DNA of 64,000 nucleotides from Candidatus Nomurabacteria bacterium (GTDB taxonomy: Bacteria; Patescibacteriota; Minisyncoccia; Phycocordibacterales; UBA5272). The notes below the pieces were generated by a model. That model searched no databases and had not been told where the DNA came from. It was given only the letters and a program-made list of their open reading frames with translations. This document shows, piece by piece, positions 49,160 through 58,613 of this stretch. The translations under genes and the position numbers were made by a program. The stretch's first letter is position 1, and each line of letters begins with the position of its first letter. The stretch lies in contig JARIGQ010000006.1 of assembly GCA_029288775.1 (NCBI GenBank), positions 64,120 to 128,119 on the forward strand, in the 5' to 3' direction.

Positions 49160-49711
49160 TTAATTGAAATACACTTGTACAGATGGTGCTGGGGGTGGTG
49201 AGGGTGGAGTATAACAGCTTACAGAAGCCTGATTTGCGGGTCCAAAGGAATTAAGATATCTATTGTATCCAGCATATGAATCATAGAAAGATTTACACTG
49301 AGCCCAAGCTTGAGCATCCGTACCAGCTGGAATATTTATTGTAGGATAAGATCCATAATTGATGAGCCATACGCTACATGTCCATGCGGATGCATAATAT
49401 TGAGGAGAAGGACTGTTTACACTAGAAGGGGCGGAGTTATATCCCGTGCCGGCAAGATACCACGGCAAGTTTGAACCTTGAGGGTCGATATGATAATAGC
49501 CGCTTTCGCAGCTTGCTGGTACTACTGAACCTGCTTCTTTACCTAAAGCAGAATGTTCTACAAAGGAAAGTTCTCCAGCAGGTACGTTTCCTCGCGTAAT
49601 AAGGAAGGTTGCAATAAGAATAAAGCAAGAAACAAAAAGTGCGCCTATAATTTTATAAGGGCCTTTATGTGTATGGAAATGGCTATGAATATGGCTCCTG
49701 ATACGTTTCAT
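49160..49711 (-). CDS. Membrane-anchored Cys-containing surface protein
   Basis: His-rich N-terminus, one TM, GSVVPASCES, Pro-rich end. Confidence 0.7.
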   Translation of the reverse strand: MKRIRSHIHSHFHTHKGPYKIIGALFVSCFILIATFLITRGNVPAGELSFVEHSALGKEAGSVVPASCESGYYHIDPQGSNLPWYLAGTGYNSAPSSVNSPSPQYYASAWTCSVWLINYGSYPTINIPAGTDAQAWAQCKSFYDSYAGYNRYLNSFGPANQASVSCYTPPSPPPAPSVQVYFN

Positions 49712-49759
49712 ACTATAATCGTACCACGTCAAAAGAAGGGTGTTCTTTTCTTATACACA

Positions 49760-50485
49760 TCAGTACCCTTTTTGCTGAATGAGTTGTAAATTGGAAGCTA
49801 TTGATGATTTAAATCCGTCTAGCCCTTGAGCGTAGATTCTCGGATCGTTCCCCGGATAGGACTGAGCCCAGAGTTCTGGCGTGTATGCGTCAGTAATCCT
49901 TTTTGCATTCTCAAAGGCTGTTTTTGCTTGTCTGTATTTCTCCTTATTCATCAGAAGTGTGCCGTACATATTTTGAATCCATGGGTTATCTTGGCTGTGA
50001 TCCAGGATGGGTTGTATGGTAGCTAATGCACCGTCTATATCTCCTATTCGAAATTGAAGCCATGCTTTATCGTTCCTTGCTGCCCAACTCATAGGAGCGG
50101 CATCAATGAATTTTGAAAATGCTTCAATAGCTTCTGGTTCCCGATTAAGATACCCATACGTAAGCCCTAAAATATAATAGGTGCGTACATTGTCAGGGTA
50201 TAAAGCTAATTCTTTTTTGGCCTCTTCTAGAGATTGCTCTAGTTTGCCTTGTATAAAATAAGTTCGCGAAAGCTGATAGTGCGCAAATGCTACAGGAGTT
50301 CCAAATACCGGATACGCTGCGTTTACAAAGAAGAATTGTGCAAAGGTAATATTATAGAGTGTTGAGTAGGTACCAAAAAAAGTATTTCCTAAAGCTTGCG
50401 AGAGAGGGGATTGAACATATAAAAAGAGGACTATTAAAAAGATAGCTACAATACTTTTTAATTTGAATAATTGAAAATACTTCAT
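49760..50485 (-). CDS. TPR-repeat protein with N-terminal TM
   Basis: TPR consensus (YYILGLTY..L....EAI.AF); ATG overlaps the upstream stop. Confidence 0.8.
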   Translation of the reverse strand: MKYFQLFKLKSIVAIFLIVLFLYVQSPLSQALGNTFFGTYSTLYNITFAQFFFVNAAYPVFGTPVAFAHYQLSRTYFIQGKLEQSLEEAKKELALYPDNVRTYYILGLTYGYLNREPEAIEAFSKFIDAAPMSWAARNDKAWLQFRIGDIDGALATIQPILDHSQDNPWIQNMYGTLLMNKEKYRQAKTAFENAKRITDAYTPELWAQSYPGNDPRIYAQGLDGFKSSIASNLQLIQQKGY

Positions 50486-51201
50486 TTGGAATAGAGGAGG
50501 GTATTTCGCCAAAAAAGATTAGCTTCCATGTATGCTGAAAAACCTTCAGGCCCAAGAAGATCTCGAGTCTTTTGAAAAAGAAACCCAAGAATACTGTGTA
50601 TTATTTTTTCTCTCCGAGAATAGTAAGTTTTGGGTAAAACATCAAAAATAATGTGAATGCGAGAATTTGTACTTAGATTTTTTACACTATGTACTTTTTT
50701 GTTTGCAAACCACCAAATCTCACCTTCTTTTAAGATTTGCTTCTCTTCGCCAGATGTGAACTCACTTCCATGGTTTGCTTGAAGTACTACATGATATCTA
50801 TCTCGTGCTTTATAGTATTCTCCAAAATCAAAATGGGGAAGTACCTCTTTATCTGGAGGGAGGAGAACTATGCTGACACGCTGCAGAATGCCTTTTTCTT
50901 TCTTTGCTATCTTTTTGAGAAATAAAAAGGTTTTAGGAAAGTAACCACAATTTTTAGTTTTATAGATAAAAGTACAATGATTACCTCCTTCTTCTCTGTA
51001 GGTTTCATTGATACGATAAGTTGCGTACAGATCTAACCATCCACTGTAGGGATGGTTAGAGCAGTAATTCGTTTCCTTTACCCATTTAGCTCTACGCTGC
51101 GCTCCTAAATCTTCTTCTATATACCCATTGCGAATAGCATGGGTAAGCTCTTCGAGAATAAATGTAGGATCAATGGTATCAATAAGACGGAAATTTTTCA
51201 T
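50482..51201 (-). CDS. Aspartyl/asparaginyl beta-hydroxylase-like 2OG-Fe(II) oxygenase
   Basis: L.P...V.PHFD, RYHVVL, GEIWWF.N...HSV.N and RIHIIFD. Confidence 0.85.
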   Translation of the reverse strand: MKNFRLIDTIDPTFILEELTHAIRNGYIEEDLGAQRRAKWVKETNYCSNHPYSGWLDLYATYRINETYREEGGNHCTFIYKTKNCGYFPKTFLFLKKIAKKEKGILQRVSIVLLPPDKEVLPHFDFGEYYKARDRYHVVLQANHGSEFTSGEEKQILKEGEIWWFANKKVHSVKNLSTNSRIHIIFDVLPKTYYSRREKIIHSILGFLFQKTRDLLGPEGFSAYMEANLFWRNTLLYSK

Positions 51202-51224
51202 TTCCAAAAGTATATCAGCAATGA

Positions 51225-52364
51225 TTACTTTTTAATCGCTTCTCTAAAAGGAGGGTAGAGAGTACCTAAGGCAGTTAGATTAGGCACTATATTGGTATCC
51301 TTATTTTTAATAGCATTTTTAGCATACTCATAAAACCGTTGAGTGCTTGTTGCTCCTTTATTTTCTACGATAGGTTTAAGGAGGGAAATAATAGTATCCT
51401 TTTGATCTTTAGTTTCAGGAGAAATAGAATGTAAATAGGTAGCGAAGTTATACCTGATAAACGGAGCAACAGGATCTCGTTGATCGTTTGCGATAGAAAT
51501 CGCCTGGAAAAAGTAGGGGGCTGGGTCTTCCGTTTGTTCACCTGCTTGCCTTAAGTATTGAAGGGCCATACCCTTGTGCATTGTTATATAAGGATACATC
51601 CACTGTAAGTCTGTTTTGTTTACAGTTTCAGGCAGACTTGTATCGCTAAAAATAATATGTTGTTTTGCTAAAGCCACGTACTTTTGTACATCATCCGTTT
51701 TGCTTTGAGCTTTAGCTTCGGCAGCTTTTTTAGCATATAAAAAGGCTAACATCGCTTCAGAATCTGCCAGTGGATGATATGAGCTACTTATCTCATACAT
51801 GGCTATCATGGCTTGATTTCGGTTGGTGGCTTGTACAAGTTGAAGCAGTAGAGCTTGGCTTGTACTTGCGCTTGCAAGTGTATTGGCTTCTCCTTGAATG
51901 TTCGGAAGAAGTGAAGGATCAAGGGTAGATCCAACTTTTGTTGCAAGAATGTTCATGATTAAAGACTTCGTAAGGTTGTTTGTTCGTGAATCTTTCAATA
52001 GAACAAATAACGCTTTTATACCTTCAGGGCGGTCAAGGCTAAATTGTAGGTGGGCAATTTGATATTGAACAAAAGAATACTCCTCGTCATTACTGGTTGG
52101 AACCTTCTTCATTAATTCCAACGCTTGTGCGTAGTTTCCTTGCCCCATACTATCCCATGCTTCTTTAAAAGAAGGCTGCCCCTTGTAGAGGGTGTTTATA
52201 TCTTTATTTAGGTTTATAGTCTCTGCTGTATTCGGCTGCTTATACCCTGTATACAAGCGATATCCCCAGATTCCACCAAGGATAAGAAGTACGATAAAAA
52301 TCGTACTCAGTATAAAAGTTTTTTTATGCAGTGAAAGGAGAGATGTAGAAGGTGTTTGATCCAT
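51225..52364 (-). CDS. Membrane-anchored alpha-helical (TPR-like) protein
   Basis: N-terminal TM followed by helical repeats. Confidence 0.7.
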   Translation of the reverse strand: MDQTPSTSLLSLHKKTFILSTIFIVLLILGGIWGYRLYTGYKQPNTAETINLNKDINTLYKGQPSFKEAWDSMGQGNYAQALELMKKVPTSNDEEYSFVQYQIAHLQFSLDRPEGIKALFVLLKDSRTNNLTKSLIMNILATKVGSTLDPSLLPNIQGEANTLASASTSQALLLQLVQATNRNQAMIAMYEISSSYHPLADSEAMLAFLYAKKAAEAKAQSKTDDVQKYVALAKQHIIFSDTSLPETVNKTDLQWMYPYITMHKGMALQYLRQAGEQTEDPAPYFFQAISIANDQRDPVAPFIRYNFATYLHSISPETKDQKDTIISLLKPIVENKGATSTQRFYEYAKNAIKNKDTNIVPNLTALGTLYPPFREAIKK

Positions 52365-52524
52365 ATAGCTTCTAGTGTAGATTATCTTTATTTTATAAGG
52401 AAAAAAGTTATACACAGGTCTATTGACTTTTTATTAATAGTATGCTATATTTCAGATGGTATGTTTGGGCAATTCCGCCCGTTTCGTCAACCGGCGCATT
52501 AAGCGCCACAACCAGGAGTGTGTC

Positions 52525-53004
52525 ATGATTTCTCGCATGTTGTCCCTGATCGTGGCGTGCGCTTTCGCGTGCGTCTCCGCTTTCGCTCAGTCAGGCGAAG
52601 ACACCAAGGCCTCCGGCGCCGCACCCGCTTCGGTGGAAACAACGGTGAACAAGAACCCGCTGCCGATCGTAAGCACCTATTACATGAGTTCAGGTGCGAG
52701 AACTGGGGTGGACATCCGAATTTCTCCCATTCCCAACGCAGAAGGTGTTCCGAAGGCGAAGCTCTACATGGGTGGAGCAACATGGATCCGTTGCCTTTAC
52801 GGCGAAAAAGAAGTCACAGCAAGAGAGGAGGGCGATAAGTTCATCCTCCAAACCGAAGGTGGCTACCCTGCCAACCTTTCTGGTAACGAAAGTTACTGTC
52901 GTGGATTGACTGTGAAGGTCACGCTTCCCCGAGGGGGTGGACTTTCCGTTATCGATTTTACTTCGACGGAAGGGGGAGGTTCTCGTGCTACCTTCCGTTA
53001 CTGA
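52525..53004 (+). CDS. Secreted hypothetical protein
   Basis: CAGGAG SD; signal peptide ending AFA; TTGACT-17-TATATT promoter at 52423; GC-richer than its neighbours. Confidence 0.75.
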   Translation: MISRMLSLIVACAFACVSAFAQSGEDTKASGAAPASVETTVNKNPLPIVSTYYMSSGARTGVDIRISPIPNAEGVPKAKLYMGGATWIRCLYGEKEVTAREEGDKFILQTEGGYPANLSGNESYCRGLTVKVTLPRGGGLSVIDFTSTEGGGSRATFRY

Positions 53005-53045
53005 ACAGGGGTTCCTGTGAAAAAAGCCACGTTCGCGTGGCTTTT

Positions 53046-53291
53046 TTAATCCCCAGTAGGACCATCTCCTGCAGCCCCTGCATCTCCACCTACACCAGTT
53101 CCCGAGTCTGCACCAGATACACCGCCTTCAGTTCCTCCTCCTGTATTGGTATCTGTTACAGGGACATCAGCGTGCGCTTGTTCTATAGCGGTATTCCCTC
53201 GTGTTTGTAATATAAAACCAAGCACTCCCAACATGCCAAGCAATGTAAGCTTATAAATGCTTTTTATTGCTGAAGTAGTCTTTTTCGCCAT
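53046..53291 (-). CDS. Small exported Gly/Asp-rich peptide (AHAD motif)
   Basis: Basic N-terminus, hydrophobic helix, AHA/D site, tail DVPVTDTNTGGG...GDAGAAGDGPTGD; TATACT box 7 nt upstream. Confidence 0.75.
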   Translation of the reverse strand: MAKKTTSAIKSIYKLTLLGMLGVLGFILQTRGNTAIEQAHADVPVTDTNTGGGTEGGVSGADSGTGVGGDAGAAGDGPTGD

Positions 53292-53354
53292 TACCAGTAG
53301 TATAGCTCTTTTTCAGATATAAGGTGTGGAAAACATTCAGGTATACTCAAGAGT

Positions 53355-54176
53355 ATGTCTTACTTGCAAAGGGTGTTTACCTCCATACGACTTAAGCAAA
53401 AACTCCTTGAGGAGAATCTATCGCTTGAAAGCTATCTGAAGCCGCATGCCTTGCAGCCGAACGTCATCCAAGAACCGTTTCCGCATATTGTGATCGACAA
53501 CTTCTTTCATGAGGGTTTTGTAGAAAAGGTATCTGCATATTTTAATGAACTCCTTTCTAAAGGGTTAAGCGAAGATCCTTTGGTCCGGGATAGATTCCAC
53601 CCATTCAATGAAGCTCAGCCTTATGATGGATATGTGTATGCTCCGAGTCCGTCTGGTGACGAGCCTTTAAAACTTTTCTTTTCCGTGGTTTGGAATCAGT
53701 ACTTTTCGAAACTTTTTGGTAAGCCGACAACCTTTGGTACTAATCTAACTTTTCATCATCACCCGCCAGGAAACCGGACAGGATTCATTCATAGCGATTA
53801 CACGAGCTTCCTTTTTCCGCAGCAGAAAATACTTACAAACGGAGTGCATGTACTGCAATTCAAACCTACCCATATACATACTCCTCTCGAAAGAAACTTT
53901 GAACCACTTAAACAAAAAAGAACCATTGCTCTTTTGTACTACTTCAATAGCCCAGAATGGAAGGAAGGGGATGGGGGAGAGACCGGTATGTATCTTTCTG
54001 CAGAAGATAAAGAGCCGCTGAAGAAAATTGCTCCGCTGGATAATCGTTTGTTTGCCTTTGATATTAGTCCGAACTCTTTGCACGCTTTTCAGGAAAATTT
54101 AAAGGAAAGAAATTGTCTTGTGCAATGGTTCCATATAGATGAAGCATGGGCTCTCAAGCGCTATAGTAAGGTATAG
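53355..54176 (+). CDS. 2OG-Fe(II) oxygenase (prolyl-hydroxylase-like)
   Basis: EPFPHIVIDNF, HSD, LLYY.N..W...DGGE, NRL..F, SLH and R. Confidence 0.88.
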   Translation: MSYLQRVFTSIRLKQKLLEENLSLESYLKPHALQPNVIQEPFPHIVIDNFFHEGFVEKVSAYFNELLSKGLSEDPLVRDRFHPFNEAQPYDGYVYAPSPSGDEPLKLFFSVVWNQYFSKLFGKPTTFGTNLTFHHHPPGNRTGFIHSDYTSFLFPQQKILTNGVHVLQFKPTHIHTPLERNFEPLKQKRTIALLYYFNSPEWKEGDGGETGMYLSAEDKEPLKKIAPLDNRLFAFDISPNSLHAFQENLKERNCLVQWFHIDEAWALKRYSKV

Positions 54177-54233
54177 GTTGCTATTAAAACCTTATTTGGA
54201 GGTTGTTTTTTCTATGGTAGAATTCAGGTCACT

Positions 54234-55523
54234 ATGAACCAGAAAATCAAGGCGATGTGGGTAATTGTGGCAGTGGCGGCAATCGGCCTCTTTTTAGTAA
54301 AAGGGGGAAGTAAGTTCAGTCTCGGCTTGGATCTTGCTGGTGGATCGGCACTTACGTATGTTATTCATACTGAGCAGCTTCCGCCAACAGAAGACGTGAA
54401 TGATGCGGTAAACCGCCTTCGCGATCTTATCGAGCGGCGCGTGAATCCAAACGGAGTTTCCGAAGCAACGGTGGTGACAAGCTACAGCAATCTTACCAAG
54501 ACGCATAAGCTTGTTGTTGAGCTTCCAGGCATTACTAATATCGAAGACGCAAAAGCAGTTATCAAGGCAACTCCGGTACTTGATTTTCGCACCGAGCGTC
54601 CCGGTGTTACTGCAAGCTCTTCATTGACCGTAGATGAAGCTTTTGAAAAGACGGCACTTACCGGTCGTTACATAGACAATGCTCAGCTTGTATTTGATCC
54701 AGCAACAAATCGTCCGATGGTGTCGCTTCAATTCAATGCGGAAGGTGCCCAAATGTTTTCTGAAATTACCAAAGCAAACATCGGTAAGCGTGTAGCTATT
54801 TTCCTTGATGGAGCTCCGATTTCCGTGCCAACAGTGCAGCAGCAAATTGACGGAGGAAAGGCGGTGATTTCTGGAAGCTTTACAGTAGACGAAGCAAAAG
54901 AGCTTGCGCTTCGTTTGAAGAACGGTGCGCTTCCTGTGCCAATTAGTGAAGAATCTTCTACGGTAATTAGCCCAACGCTTGGTTCTTCTGCGGTGCAGAC
55001 TGGTGTGAAAGCAGGAGTAATCGGCTTTGCTCTCGTTGCACTCTTTATGATCCTCTGGTACCGCCTACCGGGAGTTATGGCGACCCTTGCGCTTATTGCA
55101 TACTCGGTGATTATGCTTGCGATTTTCAAGAATCCAGTATTTCCGGTAACGCTTACATCAGCTGGTATTGCAGGATTCATCATTTCGGTTGGCCTTGCGG
55201 TGGATGCAAACGTGCTTACCTTTGAACGCATGAAAGAGGAGATTAGAAACGGCAAAGGGCTCATTGATGCTATCAATGTCGGCTTTGCTCGCGCGTGGAC
55301 ATCCATTCGTGATTCGCACTTGGCTGCCCTTATCGTTTCAGTGATTCTCTATATGATGGGAACTTCTGTAGTTAAGGGATTTGCTGTCGCATTTTTCTTA
55401 GGTGCGGTCGTATCACTTATCTCTGCCCAGCTTATTACCCGTGTATTCATGCGGGCAATTGCAACTAAATCCGGAAGCAGATTTGTGCGATTCTTATTCA
55501 GCTCTGGTTTTCATCTTAAGTAA
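54234..55523 (+). CDS. secD: Protein translocase subunit SecD
   Basis: LGLDLAGG, IERRVN, GALPVP and AVDANVL.FER. Confidence 0.97.
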   Translation: MNQKIKAMWVIVAVAAIGLFLVKGGSKFSLGLDLAGGSALTYVIHTEQLPPTEDVNDAVNRLRDLIERRVNPNGVSEATVVTSYSNLTKTHKLVVELPGITNIEDAKAVIKATPVLDFRTERPGVTASSSLTVDEAFEKTALTGRYIDNAQLVFDPATNRPMVSLQFNAEGAQMFSEITKANIGKRVAIFLDGAPISVPTVQQQIDGGKAVISGSFTVDEAKELALRLKNGALPVPISEESSTVISPTLGSSAVQTGVKAGVIGFALVALFMILWYRLPGVMATLALIAYSVIMLAIFKNPVFPVTLTSAGIAGFIISVGLAVDANVLTFERMKEEIRNGKGLIDAINVGFARAWTSIRDSHLAALIVSVILYMMGTSVVKGFAVAFFLGAVVSLISAQLITRVFMRAIATKSGSRFVRFLFSSGFHLK

Positions 55524-55529
55524 ACGAGT

Positions 55530-56390
55530 ATGTTTATCATCAAATACAAAGCATTCTTTATTGGGCTCTCAGTGATACTTGTTGCAGCAACGGCAATTCT
55601 TTACGGCGTGTATGGTCTCAAGCGCGGTATCGATTTCACCGGCGGTTCCATTGTGGACGCAGCAGTTGTGGGAACGTCTACACTTAACCTCCAAGCTTTC
55701 CAAGGTACCGGAGTAGAGGTGTATAGCACAGGAGAAGGAACCTATCGTTTTCTTTCAAGTAAGCCATACGAAGAAGTTGCACCAATTATTTCTCAAAAAG
55801 CTACTGCGGTACTTCAGATTACCCAGGCACAGAGCGTAGGACCAACGCTTGGAAAGGAATTGACGCAAAAGGCAATCATCGCGCTCATTGTGGTTGTGCT
55901 CGCGATCTTAGCGTTCATTGCTTTTTCATTCAGAGAAGTGTCACACCCGCTTCCATCATGGAAGTACGGGGTGGTGGCTATGGTTACGCTGCTTCATGAC
56001 ATCATCGTGCCGACAGGAGTGTACGTTCTTCTTTCACATCGCTACGGCGCAGAAGTAGACACACTCTTTGTGATCGCCCTGCTTACCATCATCGGTATTT
56101 CCATTTCGGATAAGATTGTGGTGTTCGACAGAATTCGCGAGAACTTGAAGAACAGTAGTGCTAAGCGTGCTTTTGAGGATGTGGTAGGGGACAGTCTTCG
56201 CCAGACGTTCACTCGTTCAATCAATACCTCGGTAACGGTAGTGCTCGCGCTCCTTGCACTTTACTTCTTCGGTCCGGTGACCACGAAGTATTTCACGCTT
56301 ACGCTTATTGTGGGTATGATTGTAGGAACGTATTCATCCATCTTCGTAGCAAGTCCGCTGCTTACGGTGTGGAATAAAAGAAAAGCATAA
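55530..56390 (+). CDS. secF: Protein translocase subunit SecF
   Basis: GIDFTGG, LLHD, D.IVVFDRIRE and GTYSSIF. Confidence 0.97.
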   Translation: MFIIKYKAFFIGLSVILVAATAILYGVYGLKRGIDFTGGSIVDAAVVGTSTLNLQAFQGTGVEVYSTGEGTYRFLSSKPYEEVAPIISQKATAVLQITQAQSVGPTLGKELTQKAIIALIVVVLAILAFIAFSFREVSHPLPSWKYGVVAMVTLLHDIIVPTGVYVLLSHRYGAEVDTLFVIALLTIIGISISDKIVVFDRIRENLKNSSAKRAFEDVVGDSLRQTFTRSINTSVTVVLALLALYFFGPVTTKYFTLTLIVGMIVGTYSSIFVASPLLTVWNKRKA

Positions 56391-56444
56391 AAGAATCCTG
56401 TATAACAAAAGACGCTCCCAGGCGTCTTTTGTTATACTTCACTA

Positions 56445-57089
56445 ATGACATCTTCCTTTTTAGAAGGATTGGAATTTTCAGTTATTTTTTTTGGGTTGGG
56501 GCATTTTGCAATAGCATATAAATATATCTACACAGCACATAAGAGGAAAGTATTGTTTGCTTCGTTCGTCATGCTTTTTTCCCTCTTTGCACTCTATGCT
56601 TTTTATACGTCTGTTTCAGTAAGAGTTCTTTTCTTAATAGCCAATGCACTCTTTGCTCTTCATCATGCATATGATTCTTATAAAATTTTTCGCTCGTCAT
56701 TTATTTCCTTTCTGTGGCTCTTCTTAGGAATTATTTCCACACTCCTTTCATATATTTCTTTTTTTCTTTTTCTTATACCCCAAAGCATACCCACTCTCTT
56801 CCTTTCGGTGATGGTGCTTTACCATTGTTATATGTGGTACGAATATTACTATCGAAAATTTACTGGGGAAACACTACGAAATTATAGTATTGATATCATA
56901 GTGATTCATGTGGCATTGGTCATCCTCTTACTTGCTTCCAAGAGAGATGTATATGCTGGTCTATCTATTTTATTTTCATACAAGTTTTTCTACCTCCAAA
57001 CTATTAACCATGTTCTATTTTCCTACTACAAAAAACTAACCCATATTACTCACAGGTACGGTAAAACAGCAGTTCTCTATTTTAAATAG
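56445..57089 (+). CDS. Polytopic membrane protein with intramembrane His residues
   Basis: GLGHF..AY, HHAYD, YHC..WY and NHV motifs. Confidence 0.65.
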   Translation: MTSSFLEGLEFSVIFFGLGHFAIAYKYIYTAHKRKVLFASFVMLFSLFALYAFYTSVSVRVLFLIANALFALHHAYDSYKIFRSSFISFLWLFLGIISTLLSYISFFLFLIPQSIPTLFLSVMVLYHCYMWYEYYYRKFTGETLRNYSIDIIVIHVALVILLLASKRDVYAGLSILFSYKFFYLQTINHVLFSYYKKLTHITHRYGKTAVLYFK

Positions 57090-57146
57090 CAAATAATGCT
57101 GTATTTGTGTGCCCGGATATTTTTCGTGGTTTGCTATACTTAAATT

Positions 57147-57704
57147 ATGTTAGACAATACGGCACTTGTTCAGTCGGCTAATTATTGGTTTGCAACAATC
57201 GCTCTCATTGGGCTTGCGTTTGTGGCAATTTGGATCGTGGATCTTTTTTTTGGCGCACTTTGGATGCCGAATTGGAAAAAAAGAATGTACGCGGGATTTG
57301 AGAATTTTGTATTACCTTTTGGGTTTTTCATTTCACTTTTTGCAACGCTTGGGTCGCTGTACTACCAATTCCATCTTGGTATTCAGCCGTGCGAACTATG
57401 CTGGTTTGCGCGTATTTTCATCTACCCGCAAGTCTTTATCTTTGGTATGGCGTGGTACAAAAATGATCGCCGTATCTTTGATTATCTGATGATGCTTTCT
57501 GTGTTTGGAATTATCATCGGCCTCTATCATCATTTTCTTCAAATGGGGTATGATTTGTATAAGCCGTGTGGCACAGGACTCTTTGTTGATTGTTCGGTGC
57601 CAACGTTTGTAGAGTATGGGTTCATGACGTATCCGCTTATGGGAGTAGTAACGAACGCGCTTACATTTTTGACGGCGTATTCCGCAAAGAAGTTTCAAAA
57701 GTAA
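57147..57704 (+). CDS. dsbB: Disulfide bond formation protein B (BdbC-like)
   Basis: GSLYY, PCELCWFARI..YP and a second Cys pair. Confidence 0.9.
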   Translation: MLDNTALVQSANYWFATIALIGLAFVAIWIVDLFFGALWMPNWKKRMYAGFENFVLPFGFFISLFATLGSLYYQFHLGIQPCELCWFARIFIYPQVFIFGMAWYKNDRRIFDYLMMLSVFGIIIGLYHHFLQMGYDLYKPCGTGLFVDCSVPTFVEYGFMTYPLMGVVTNALTFLTAYSAKKFQK

Positions 57705-57744
57705 TGTGCTAAGATAGTGGGGTCTTGTACAAAGGAGGTGCCCC

Positions 57745-57942
57745 ATGGCCCAGGAAGACGTGACGGAAGACAGGTGCAAGGATTGCGGGTCTGAGTTGGA
57801 CTTCAACGACCCGCATCCGCCGCGGTTCGTGGTTACCAAGAAAGGCTACGTGTGTGGTGACTGCTTGTCCGACGCGATAAGCGACGCCATCGACCAGCAC
57901 CCCATTGGTCGGCCGATGGCCACCAAGGTCAACAACACCTGA
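57745..57942 (+). CDS. Small zinc-finger-like protein
   Basis: CKDC...CGDC; near-perfect AAAGGAGGTG SD; terminator follows. Confidence 0.7.
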   Translation: MAQEDVTEDRCKDCGSELDFNDPHPPRFVVTKKGYVCGDCLSDAISDAIDQHPIGRPMATKVNNT

Positions 57943-57974
57943 AAACCGCAAGCCGTCCGGCTTGCGGTTTCTCT

Positions 57975-58613
57975 TTATAGCCCTTTGAGGAGTTCGAGCT
58001 CTTTTTTGGTAAGCGGCTCTTTATAGAGCTCGTTTACAAGCCACAAGCCGCTTTCTTTTATTTTTTCTTTTGGTGAGTATAGTCCAAGCCATTTCGAGGA
58101 GGGGGTACATATCTTACAGTGTGATACGGTGGAAATGATTTTGGATTCCAATAAGAGACGTTTGTCTTTATCATCAACTTGAATCACAGCAAAGAAAAAG
58201 TTCTTCTGCATATAGTCGGATATTTCTTTCTCAATGTGTTGTTGTTTTCCTTGGTCTACTTTGTGTCCGTGGGTATCGCGGGCAATCTTGGTTGTCATAT
58301 CCATTTCCCATATAGCAAGGTAGGGATCACGACCTTTGTTGAGGAGACAGCGCCCGATATTTTTTCGAAAGATACTGCGATCCTTGTTGGAGTTTAGAAA
58401 ATGCTGACGCAAACGCGAACGAAGCTGATTGTTACCTGTGTGCGTGCCTATGCGGACGATGCGATTACTTCCATGACCTGTCTCGCCCTTTTCAAATAAA
58501 ATATAGATGCCGTTTTCGGGAATGTTAGATTCATCATAAGGAAAGTGAAAGAGGGGAAGGGTGTTGGTCCACGAGGTAAGGTCCGTGCAAAGATTAGAAT
58601 AAGGTTTGTTCAT
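57975..58613 (-). CDS. Putative GIY-YIG-like nuclease
   Basis: NGIYILF...RIVRIG, LRSRL.QH and LE..II. Confidence 0.6.
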   Translation of the reverse strand: MNKPYSNLCTDLTSWTNTLPLFHFPYDESNIPENGIYILFEKGETGHGSNRIVRIGTHTGNNQLRSRLRQHFLNSNKDRSIFRKNIGRCLLNKGRDPYLAIWEMDMTTKIARDTHGHKVDQGKQQHIEKEISDYMQKNFFFAVIQVDDKDKRLLLESKIISTVSHCKICTPSSKWLGLYSPKEKIKESGLWLVNELYKEPLTKKELELLKGL

